Below, one piece after another: positions 25,121-36,727 of a stretch of 64,000 bases of DNA. Made by a program: the position numbers and the translations under genes. Source of the stretch: Octopus bimaculoides (Eukaryota); contig NC_068984.1 in the NCBI RefSeq assembly GCF_001194135.2, positions 60,617,311 through 60,681,310 on the forward strand, given 5' to 3'. Within the stretch, counting starts at the first letter, position 1. Every line of letters starts with the position of its first letter. The notes below the pieces were generated by a model that worked only from the letters and a program-made list of their open reading frames with translations, did no database searches and was not told the origin of the DNA.

Positions 25121-26126
25121 TTTTAATAGTTTTGTCAGAAGACAAAAGGTAGTCCCTGTGTTCTATTTTCTTGACATCTGAGAGTGATGGAAGAAAGCAA
25201 AAAAGTTATCCTCAGACCCATCAGCAATTTTCCAGCAGTATTTTCCATACAGAGAGATATGTTATTTTTTGAATCAGTGACTTGGTCAGAGTACTTGTTA
25301 CAGAGAAAACTTTTCAAAAATCATTGGTGGGCCAGATGGTGTTAAACTGAGTGGTAGATTAAATATATTACTCAAAATCAAGAACACTTCCCCAACAGGC
25401 TTCCATGCAGTCTCCCTGTCTATCATTGTGTACTGAAGAGCCAGATTGTGATACTCAACCAAGAGATAGATTAGATTTACCATTCATGCTATCTCATAGG
25501 TAATGTTTTAAGTGGATTTACAGATGTGATTATGTTTTATTCCAGTTGTGTCAATTACAAATGTGATGATCTACTCATTTTTTAAATGGATACTTGCCCA
25601 AAGTGCTGTGTTGTGATATTGAACAGAAAACCACATCGTTTTACATATCTATGTTCAGTTCCTACTAAGGTCAATGTCACATTTCATCCTTCCATGATTG
25701 GTAATATAACGTAATCAATATAATTTGCTAAAACAGAAAAGATGTATTACACAATAGGTACACTATGTTAGGATAAAAGACAGGATGGTCACAGCTAAGA
25801 CACCTTCAATAATAGATCTGTTCAAAGTGTGTAACTTGCAGCTAAACAACAACAACAACCTTCCAGATAATCTAAATGAAAAGTTGGGTTTTGTTAATGA
25901 ATACTGTATTACACTATTTTGTTTTACTTTTTTTTTTCTGGTTTTTGTAATTTCACCAACTCCTACTTTTGAGTTGAAATTTTTCCAAAATAAATTACAA
26001 TTCTTTGCTCCATCAATATGGATGTGTGTCAAGCACTGTGGTTCAAGAGGTCATGGAGCAGTTTCCATTTCTGACTGAAGCCAATTTATTTTCAGTTTTG
26101 ATGATGGATAATGTAGTCCTCTCATA

Positions 26127-26533
26127 CAGTGTGTTCAAAAAGTCTCTCCGCAGTGAATATTTTGGTGAACAGATTATTTCGAAGGGACTTTGGCCATGAA
26201 GATCATCTGATTTAACACTGCCAGACTTTTTTGTTTGGGGAGCAAGTAAAGGATCAGTGTAAAAGAATCGCCCAAAAACCATTAATGAGCTAAAAGACGC
26301 AATCATAATCTTCACGGTCCATACCGTGTCAGACTCATTAAGATGTATTTCAAAACATGTGTAAAAGAGTCAACTTATGTATTGAAAATGAAGGATGATA
26401 CTTTCAGCACCTCTTATAACATTTTTTAGTCTTGTAAAGTCTAATATATTCTTTTGTAGTCTTGTACCATCTTATAAATATTTATTTTTTGCAGTAAAAT
26501 ACTTACTGCGGAGAGACCTTTTTGAACACCCTG
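26127..26533 (+). mobile_element. Internally deleted Tc1/mariner-superfamily element retaining a transposase C-terminal fragment
   Basis: ~38-bp TIRs CAGTGTGTTCAAAAAGTCTCTCCGCAGTGAATATTTT / reverse complement at 26496-26533; left TA, right TG; FGEQIISKGLWP*RSSDLTLPDFFVWGASKGSV*KNRPKTINELKDAI in one frame from 26161. Confidence 0.9.
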
Positions 26534-26711
26534 TGCACTACATTTCAATAAAGGATGGGATGGTGATGTTTGGAACATTTTTAGCCATAGTTATCATGTA
26601 GAAATAAGTCTACTGTAGTGTTAAACAGAATTTATAACCATTTGAAAGAACATGAAATAATTCTTGTTTGGAAAGTGAATCTCAAAGCACATGAAGCTAT
26701 AGATAATTATT

Positions 26712-26930
26712 TCTACTCTAGGCACAAGGCCTTGCAAATTTTTTTGGAAGTGGGGGCTAGTTGATTATATTGATCCCCAGTGCATAACTGGTACTTATTT
26801 CATTGACCCCGAAAGGATGAAAGGCAAAGTTGACCTCAGTGGAATTTGAACTCAGAACATTGCGGCAGATGAAATACTGCTAAGCTTTTCAGCCGAGCAT
26901 ACTAATGATTCTGCTAGCTTGCCACCTTCA
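26712..26930 (-). mobile_element. SINE family B
   Basis: Reverse complement of 15555-15770. Confidence 0.8.
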
Positions 26931-27443
26931 TAAAGCTATCAATAATACCATCAAAACATACTTTTGGATAGAAAAAGTCAAAATGACAGTTAGACAATCA
27001 GACAGTCATGAGATAGTCAGTCAGACAGATGTTGATTTCTTGTTTATTCAAAAATCTCTGTACTATTGTTGCAAATTTTGGCATAAGGTTTGCAGTTGAG
27101 AAGTGGGTAGTTGATTTCATAGATCCCAGTACTTGGCTGGTACTTTCTTTTATGGACTCTGAAAGGTAAAGTTTACCCCAGTAACTGGTCATTTGAAGTC
27201 ATTTAAGTTTCTTAATGTAGGTTTCTTCTCCCTCTTCTCCTATATCTCCACACTTCTCATTTCCATACCACAGCCTTCATCTACCTCCCAACTGCATTTA
27301 TGAAACTTCCCCTAACTCCAATTGTAAAATAATGTAAAATAATTTATTATACACTAAAATAAATTACTTTTCCATGACGTTGGCTGTCAACTAGTGAAAT
27401 AAATATTTTAATTTCATACCTCCTGATTTTCTTTTTATTTGTA

Positions 27444-27489
<46 letters not shown>

Positions 27490-27616
27490 CGTGCGTGTGC
27501 ATGTGTGCGTGTGTGTGTATTTAACAGTCTGTAGAAAATCTGTCTCCCACAGCTCAGAAAGGAAGAATTGGATTATCAGAACAAAATTGTCGTGTTAAAT
27601 GTTTATGTGCAGTTTA

Positions 27617-28068
27617 AAATAGCATGTGAGAGTGAAAGAGATTTATTTATATGCCAAAGGCAAGAGGCACTTCATCAGAAATTCAAATATTAGGTTCATT
27701 AGAATTTCAAATATCATATTCCTCAAGGCTGTATGTAACTTCCTCATTGTCCTTTATGGGTTCAACTCATTTTTGTGTGTGCATGAGAGACATGCGATTC
27801 CATAGTGAGTTTAAACCACTATCTGAAAACCAAGCATGCTGTAACACTGTCATGTAAAGGAATCCTATTCAGACTGCGGTTGAAATACTCTTTGTTCTTG
27901 ATATCAAAATATTAAATACATACAAAGAATATTGTTCATACTTACTTTCCTTGATATATATACAGTAATTTGATTACTCTATGCATTAAGATATTTGAAT
28001 TTCTGATGAACTGCCCCTTGCTTTTGGCAAAGAAATGTCTCTTTCACTTTCACTTTCACATGCTATTT
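27617..28068. repeat. Long imperfect inverted repeat, MITE/foldback-like
   Basis: Arms 27617-27690 and 27991-28068 share AAATAGCATGTG.AGTGAAAGAGA..TGCCAAA.GCAAG.GGCA.TTCATCAGAAATTCAAATAT; ~300-bp spacer. Confidence 0.8.
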
Positions 28069-29328
28069 CGAAACTACGTGTAACTCTTTGACTTTTTGAA
28101 CTGAATACAACAATTTCTTTTAATTAATTCTTTCTGAACTTGCACAAATATAATGAAGTTTTCCTTAAAATGTAAAGCTGACACTAAAAATGGCACAAAT
28201 GCTGATATAATAAATATGTCTGTGTGCTGTGGTTTTCATGTTAACAGTATGGGTTCTGGGTTGGGGGTAGCACTGATGTTATTGCTGTTGATTACCTCCA
28301 TCTCCGCCTCCTCTTTTTCGTCTTCTTCCTTCTCTTATCCTTCCTCTTTCACCTTTACGATCCTTCCTCTCCTTCCTCTCCCCTCCTCACCATTCGTCTT
28401 CTTCTTCTTCTTCTTCTTCTTCTCCTCCTTTTTCTCCCCCCGCCTCCTCCTCACCCACCTCCTCACCCACCTCCTCACCCACCTCCTCACCNNNNNNNNN
28501 NNNNNNNNNNNNNNNNNNNNNNNNNNNNNNNNNNNNNNNNNNNNNNNNNNNNNNNNNNNNNNNNNNNNNNNNNNNNNNNNNNNNNNNNNNNNNNNNNNNN
28601 NNNNNNNNNNNNNNNNNNNNNNNNNNNNNNTCCACCTCCTCCTCCTCCTCCTCCTCCTCACACTCCTTTTCTCCCTCCACCTCCCCTTCTTTCCCCTCAC
28701 CCCTCCCTCCACTTCCTCCCCTCCCTCACCCAACATTTTCTTCCTCCCGCTCCCCCTCCTTCCTTCTTCCTTCTCCCCCTTTACTTTCTTTATTCATTTT
28801 CTTTATTTCTTTTATCTTTCTTTTTCTTCCTCACTACACTTAACTTTGATTGATACTCAATTTTGCTCCAAAAGCTACTGTTCACTAAAAAGAAAGAAAA
28901 AGAAAGAAAACCTTACCAACTACCACAACCTCAACCAAATAAACCAGGCACCAGCATCACCATAGCAGCCACCACTTCCATCAGCATTCATTCTATAAAC
29001 ATACATAACTTGATTTTATCCTCACATTTTACACAACCCACCCAGATGCTAAAATCTGCATGCAACCAACATTAGTTATTTCTGGCAACCAGTCTTTTTA
29101 AATTGGTCTAGCTTTGATATCGATGACAAATGTGGTAGTATATCTGTATGTATATCTCTTTCACTCTCATTCTCTGTGTGTGTGTGTGTATATATATATG
29201 ATGATGATGATGATGATATATATATACACACACATATTATACATGCATATATACACATATAAGCATGTATGCATGCAGGTGTCTGTATACATATGCACAC
29301 ACATTTGGCTGAACTGTATTTTGCTTAT

Positions 29329-29374
<46 letters not shown>

Positions 29375-29464
29375 TAGAGTGTGTATGTATATATTATATG
29401 AATAAATGAATGTATGGTTATGTATGTGTATTCGTGTATATCTGTCTGTCTGTCTCTCTCTCTT

Positions 29465-29526
<62 letters not shown>

Positions 29527-30847
29527 TGGCTGAATTGTATTCTGCTTATGATATTACAATGTTGGCAGAGTCATCGACATTCTATAAGAGGTGATTCAGC
29601 ACCTGATAAAATTCAGTAACATACCACCAATTATTGTTCATATTTTGCACCAATTAACTCCCTTCCTGCTGCTGCTGCTTTTCTAACCTGAGGTTTTAGG
29701 ATCACAGTCACAAGGACTTTTGCCCTTTATACTGTGTGCTTTTGGTTTGATAGAGTAACAATATTTGTTCCAGATTTTTGTCAAGCCGCCCTAAACTCTG
29801 ATTAATATCCTTTGTCTCACTCCAGAATTTTCTCTAGAATGAGTTTATCTCTTCCTGGGAAAGAGCCTCTGTGATATTTATTAATTGCCCTTAGGTCTAT
29901 GGTTTCAATTAAATTTCTTGTTTTCATTAATTTAGTTTAAGCTGCTCTCTTTTGATACTGAAGTCTTTTGCTAATGGCTTTTGGTTCCTGTATGAAGATG
30001 GTTAATCTGTATCCCATTGTTTTCTTTTTACAATCTCGAGACATTTTTCTATTTTATTGGTGGGAAGTGTATTTATTTGTCTACTGTATTTTCTGGCATA
30101 CAAGTTGACATAGTATATAATGTAAACATGTACTGCAAGCATTCAAACATTGTTTCTATCTTTCCAAATCCTGCTGCATTTCACATGGAATTTTTGGACC
30201 TCCAAATCATGGTCAACCTACCAGTTTTGGTTATAAATTTTGGTCTGCAAAAATTCAACTTGTCTGCTGGAAATTATGATTTTTGCATTTGATGAGCAAT
30301 GTGCCTTGATTGATAGTTTTCTGTTTCAAACCCCATGATAGCACTTTTGTTTTTTTTATTGTTTTGCTTTCCTTAATTCTTCTGTGTCTCCAAGTTGTTT
30401 TATTTGCTATCATTAAGAGGCTTATAAACAAGCGTTCAGTTTGCCAAAATGTGGGGTCTTTGCTGATGACTTCTAGAACCATCACAGTTGCTGCGAACTT
30501 AGTATACATGACCATCGGAAACTCATTCAGGTCTCTACTTAACTATCTGTCATTCCTTCAGTTTATTTTTGGGTCCTGATTGAAATTTTACTCGTTGGAG
30601 AAAAACCAAAGCATCCTAGCCTCTTGGTATTTTAACTTGTTTAGCAGAGCACTTTGCATGGATTTGAACGATTTCCCCTTGTCACATCTGACATAAACTG
30701 ACCCTCCAAATCACATGCACAACTCTTTTGATGGTTCATTCTGAAACATAAATACAGCAACACTAGTCAAGTGATGGTGAGTGGATAAACACAGACATAA
30801 AAACACACACACACACACACACATAAATATATATATATATGTTGCTG

Positions 30848-31435
30848 TCATCATCATCATCATCATTTAACTTACATTTCCCATGCTGGCATGGGTTGGG
30901 TAGCTTTACTGAAAACAGGTAAGCTGGGGAGCTGCACCAGGTTCTAATCTGATTTGGCATGGTTTCTACTGCTAGATGTCCTTCCTAATGCTGACCACTC
31001 AAAAGGTGTAGTGGGTACATTTTATTTTATGTGTTACCAGCATCGGTACCAGTTGCAAAACACCGGCATTGGCCATGACTATGATCTCACTTGGTTTCAC
31101 AGGTATTCTCAAGCATGGTATATTGCCAAAGGTCTTGGTCACTTGTCACTGCTTCTGTGAGGTCCAAAGTACTTTTTATGTGCGACCAGCATGGGTGCCA
31201 GTTATGCAACATTGGCATTGGCCATGATTACGATTTCACTTGGCTTGGTGGGTCTTCTCAAGCACAGCATATCACCCAATATTCGAAAAGTGCTGGGCTT
31301 CTTTCAGTTTCCATCTCTCAAATCCACTCGCAGGGCTTTGGTTAGCCTGAAGCTATAATAGAAGACACTTGCTCAAGGTGCCATACAGTTGAACTGAACC
31401 CGGAACCATGTGGTTGAGAAGCAAGCTTCTTAGGA
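30848..31435 (-). mobile_element. RTE family 1 3' UTR (30848-31290) abutting a SINE A 5' half (31290-31435)
   Basis: (CAT)n tail, TTTCCCATGCTGGCATGGGTTGG; SINE A head segment. Confidence 0.75.
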
Positions 31436-31450
31436 TGCAGCGACACCTAG

Positions 31451-31493
<43 letters not shown>

Positions 31494-31864
31494 GAGATAG
31501 ATAGATAGCTATAGATATACATATATGAATGTATATGCATGTGTGTATAAGTACAGTTAAACCACAAGGACAAAAATATTAAGTGGCACATTGAAATAAA
31601 CATATATTCTCTACCTACTCTGAGCACGAATGTGTTTCTAGCAGTTAGACATTTATAAAATATGAATATATATTTTATGTATATAGTCACTCCATTTATT
31701 TGAGGCCAGTAGACAAATAGGCAAAAGTCCTGACATAAAATATTTGATTTTCAAGTATGCATTTCATCTTTTATCACACACATATATATATATATGCATA
31801 TCACGCACACACACACAAATATATATATATATGTATGTATATTATACATATATACATGAGTGTA

Positions 31865-31898
<34 letters not shown>

Positions 31899-31952
31899 CT
31901 TACACACACACATGTATACACATGAGTGTATATATATATATATATATGTATA

Positions 31953-32135
31953 TAGGGTGGGCCAAAAGTCATACACAAAATAAGTTCAATAAACTCCAGA
32001 GTTGTCAAAGACATGTTTCAATTTTTTTTAAATAAATAAAATAACGATGAATACACATGTACTTGTACATGATAATAATGATAATAATAATCTAAAATGT
32101 CAAACGTTTTGGTGCATGACTTTTCGCCCACGTTG
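31953..32135. mobile_element. Short Tc1/mariner-type MITE within (TA)n
   Basis: TAGGGTGGGCCAAAAGTCATACAC versus reverse complement CAACGTGGGCGAAAAGTCATGCAC. Confidence 0.7.
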
Positions 32136-32136
32136 C

Positions 32137-32168
<32 letters not shown>

Positions 32169-32447
32169 NNNNNNNNNNNNNNNNNNNNNNNNNNNNNNNN
32201 NNNNNNNNNNNNNNNNNNNNNNNNNNNNNNNNNNNNNNNNNNNNNNNNNNNNNNNNNNNNNNNNNNNNNNNNNNNNNNNNNNNNNNNNNNNNNNNNGAGA
32301 GAGAGGTCTGTATGCATGTGTATGTGTCAGTATGCATTTATCTATGCATATATAATATATATATATACATATATGTATCATCTATCATATACATAATATC
32401 TATATCTATCATCTCTTTTTCTGTTTGTCTGTTTGTGTGTGTCTTTC

Positions 32448-32522
<75 letters not shown>

Positions 32523-32667
32523 TATGTATATTTGTATATATATATATGTATATATGTATATATATATGTGTATATGTATATATCTATATGTATGTATGTA
32601 TCTATCTATCTACATATCTATCTATCTATCTATCTATGTATCTATCAATATATTCTATATATATATC

Positions 32668-32903
32668 CTTTTACTTGTTTCAGTCATTTGAGTATGGCCA
32701 TGCTGGAGCACTGCCTTTAGTCGAGCAAATCGACCCCAGGACTTATTCTTTATTAGCCTAGTACTTATTCTATTGCTCTCTTTTGCTGAACTGCTAAGTT
32801 ACGGGGATATATACACACCAGCATCTGTTGTCAAGAGATGTTGGGAGGACAAACACACAAACATATACACACACATACATATATACACACATACACAGAC
32901 ACA

Positions 32904-32941
<38 letters not shown>

Positions 32942-33112
32942 TGCACATATGATGGGCTTCTTTCAGTTTCTGTCTACCAAATCCGCTCACAAGGCTTTGG
33001 TTGGCCCAAGGCTATTGTAGAAGACACGTGCCCAAGGTGCCACGCAGTGGGACTGGACCCGGAACCATGTGGTTGGTAACCAAGCTACTACCACACAGCC
33101 ACTCTTGCGCCT
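32668..33112 (-). mobile_element. SINE family A, near full length
   Basis: Reverse complement of 44853-45323. Confidence 0.9.
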
Positions 33113-33664
33113 ATACACACACACACAGACNNNNNNNNNNNNNNNNNNNNNNNNNNNNNNNNNNNNNNNNNNNNNNNNNNNNNNNNNNNNNNNNNNNNNN
33201 NNNNNNNNNNNNNNNNNNNNNNNNNNNNNNNNNNNNNNNNNNNNNNNNNNNNNNNNNNNNNNNNNNNNNNNNNNNNNNNNNNNNNNNNNNNNNNNNNNNN
33301 NNNNATATATATATATATATATATATATAGATATCCAGTCCATGCCAGCATGGAACGCGATTGTTAAATGATGATGATGATGTATGTATAAAGTACAGAA
33401 ATATATGTATATGTGTGAATATATAAATATATATATATATATATATGTGTGTGTCTGTGTGTGTAATATATATATATATATATATGCATACGTGTATGTA
33501 TACGTATAACATTCACAAATTATATTCCTACTGAATATTCATTCTCATATATTTCTAGTGGAAAATGGTTTGCACAGTGTCTCTCTCTGCATGCACATAT
33601 TTGTGCATATATGCTTGTGTGCATCTATGAATGCATGTGTATGTGTGTGTGTATGCATTTCTAC

Positions 33665-33748
<84 letters not shown>

Positions 33749-33873
33749 ATATAAATATGGGCTAGAAGAGAGAGATAGAGTTTCTGTTACTCACACAGCA
33801 CACGCACATATACACCACTTCTGACAACAATATGTGCCAAGAAAAATGATATATAATGCAACTACCCACATAC

Positions 33874-33921
33874 CTGCAAACACATTCAGGCAAAACCCGC
33901 TTTTGCAGGCATGGAAAAAAA
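33874..33921 (-). other. Candidate internal exon (48 nt), unverified
   Basis: Long pyrimidine tract + CAG acceptor, CAG|GTATGT donor; two open frames (FFPCLQKRVLPECVC or FFHACKSGFCLNVFA); no recognisable homology. Confidence 0.25.
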
Positions 33922-34407
33922 CTGGCCAAGTGAAAAAACAAAGAAAAAAGAAAAAGAAAAGAAACCCAGCTAGGCCTACAGACACAAAAATCTTTTTCAT
34001 TCTAGCTTTTACAAGCTAAAACTCATCATTTATTTGCACATATTTGCCAACAAAATGTAATAAATCTAGATTTTTCTCTGTCATGGAAAATAGGCAGAAA
34101 GCTATCATTACCGGGTCAGTTTTTGGGATGAGTAAATAATAATAATAATAATAATTATAATAATAATAATATTAATGATGATGATGATGATGATGATAAT
34201 AATGTTTAAAATAATGATAATAATAATAACAATAATAATATTCCAAATATTTTAGAATTTGTTGTTTCTCAGTGGCTGTAGTTGAGTGTGTATGTATGTG
34301 TATAAACGTGTGCATATATGTGTGTATGTGTGTGTGTAGGTTTATCTCTGAGTGCACTATTGTCTATGTCTAACCATCTATTAGTCTTTCTATCCAAATG
34401 TAAATAA

Positions 34408-34444
<37 letters not shown>

Positions 34445-34740
34445 CGTATGTGTGTGTGCACATGTGTATGTGTTAATATGTATATTTGTGTGTGTTCGTG
34501 TATCCCTGTGGGTTTCATCATATTAAACAAGTCTTAAAGATACAAAAGACTCAATATATCAGGATGAGGACTGTGTTATATTCTTTATTTGATGATCAAT
34601 ATTCTAAGTTAAATCTGCTTTATTTCTAAGTGAATCAACTCTTTACTAGTCAGCAAGTAAAAAATATACATAGTGGCATGGCAAGATGGATCTTAAGATT
34701 ATGTTATATAATATATATTATTATTATTATCATTATTATT

Positions 34741-35233
34741 GAGTGAGAGAGCATACCATCAAAGTGACACTGGGATAAAATATACAAAACCCAGTATTCC
34801 CATCATAACTACCTGTCTGATAAGGGTACACCAAGCACATACATCACAACCATATGTATGCAACATGGTGATCTCATATCAAGATAAACAATGCATGACC
34901 TTGCGGGTGAGCCCCAGTTAGAATTGTCTTCAGATCAAGTAGCCCATCCTGCTGAAAAGGTCTCGGAATAAGGGTTGTTTAAGGATGTTGAATGAAAGAC
35001 CCATGTTTTCAAAGGTGAGTTATCGAGCCCCAAAGAATTCCTCTATGGTGCTCCCCCACTTCTGCTCATGATCTGAGATGCATGGTCAAATAACTGACCA
35101 GGAAATCTGTGGCATTGAGCAGAAGATTTGCTGTAGCCCGTCTTTTATACCAAGACAAAACAATGTAGATGATTACACTTAAAATCAGTTAAGATCAGAA
35201 GCCATGAGAGCCACTGCCTGGTACTGCATCAAT
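34741..35233 (-). mobile_element. Unclassified ~490-bp non-coding interspersed element flanked on both sides by (ATT)n
   Basis: Homologous fragment on + at ~46400-46570; minus-strand end CTCTCTCACTC-(AAT)n; long (ATT)n at ~35236-35322. Confidence 0.6.
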
Positions 35234-35235
35234 AC

Positions 35236-35323
<88 letters not shown>

Positions 35324-35801
35324 TAAGACAGTTTAGTTTGGCTCCATATGATTGCAGTTTCGCAGGCTCTTTACAGAAACCTAGTTTGTCCAGGCTCAGA
35401 TAGCTGAATGAAAAGATACAGGAAGTTCAAGAAGGCTACTGGAAACTGTGCTGCTTCTGGTCAAGGCAGGTCACATGGTATTGTTAGTTGTGAGATTATC
35501 TTTTGTGCAACACCAGATGCATTAGAAAAGAGAATTTCTTGAACCTTGTGGTTGAACAGGAAGCTGGTGACATCTTGGTGTCTGGCCAGCTTTTGAGGGA
35601 CTTGAAGGTCAATAGAAATATGTGTGGATGTTTTGATGCCTAAGTACGGATGTGGGTTTCTGATGTCTATCCCTATCATCGCTTGATAATTGCTGTTGGT
35701 TTGTTTTCTGTACTCTTACTTAGTAGTTCAGCTAAAGATATTGACAGAATAAGTACCCAACTCTTTAAAAAAAATATGGGTGTTGACTTCTTCACCTAAA
35801 C

Positions 35802-36148
35802 CAGTGGTTTTCAACCATTTTTTTTTTTTACTTGTGGACCTATTTGGTTCCTATTTTATTCTACTGCACCTACATAACCATTTGATACTTAAAAAAAAAT
35901 CCTATTATATTTTTATAATTAAATGTTAGGAATTGTATTCTTTTATTTGTTTTTATCATTTGACTACCTCCATGCTGGAGCACCACCTTTTAGTTGAAGA
36001 AATTGACCCCAGGACTTAGTCTTTGTAAGCCCAGTACTTATCCTATCGGTCTTTTTTGCCAAACTGCTAAGTTATGGAGATGTAAACACACCAACATCGG
36101 TTGTCAAGCAATGGGGGTGAAGGCAAACACAGACACAGACATACAGAC

Positions 36149-36179
<31 letters not shown>

Positions 36180-36443
36180 TATGATGGGTTTCTTTTCAGT
36201 TTCCATCTGCCAAATCCACTCATAAGGCTTTGGTCATCCCGAGGCTATAGTAGAAGACACTTGCCCAAGGTGCCACGCAGTGGGACTGAACCCAGAACCT
36301 TGTAGTTGGGAAGCAAGCTTAGAAAAATTGTTAAAACATTTTGTGTATTGTAGAAGTATAAGCAATTTATTGCAGATAAGCTGTAACAACAAAGTTTTAT
36401 ATGGACCTCTAAGAGTCATATGAACCTTAGTTGATAACCACTG
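35802..36443. mobile_element. hAT MITE interrupted by a SINE A (35941-36320, -)
   Basis: TIRs CAGTGGTTTTCAAC / GTTGATAACCACTG; 8-bp TSD ACCTAAAC (35794-35801) / AGCTAAAC (36444-36451). Confidence 0.85.
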
Positions 36444-36538
36444 AGCTAAACCTTTCATGGCTGAGTCCCAGTAAGGTCACAGCCCAATGATTGAGACAAA
36501 TAAAAGATATGTGCATATATAAATATATAATATATATA

Positions 36539-36727
36539 CAGTAATCCCTCACCATATCATGGTTCACCTATCACAGTTGTTGTTTTACGTTTATAATAAA
36601 ATAAATATATGCAAATTATAAAAATAATTTAAAAAGTATGCAATACAGTACTGTTTCTATTTTGTGGATTTTCACCTATTGTAGTGAGTTTTGGAACATA
36701 ACATCCATGATAGTCAAGGGATTACTC
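36539..36727. mobile_element. pogo/Tigger-like MITE
   Basis: TA-CAGTAATCCCTC start and AAGGGATTACTC end; another CAGTAATCC start at ~36740 runs into the gap. Confidence 0.65.

Noticed and set aside
35326-35640. Possible Tc1-like HTH fragment (KRYRKFKKATG..)
   Set aside because: Similarity too weak, no TIR or catalytic motif
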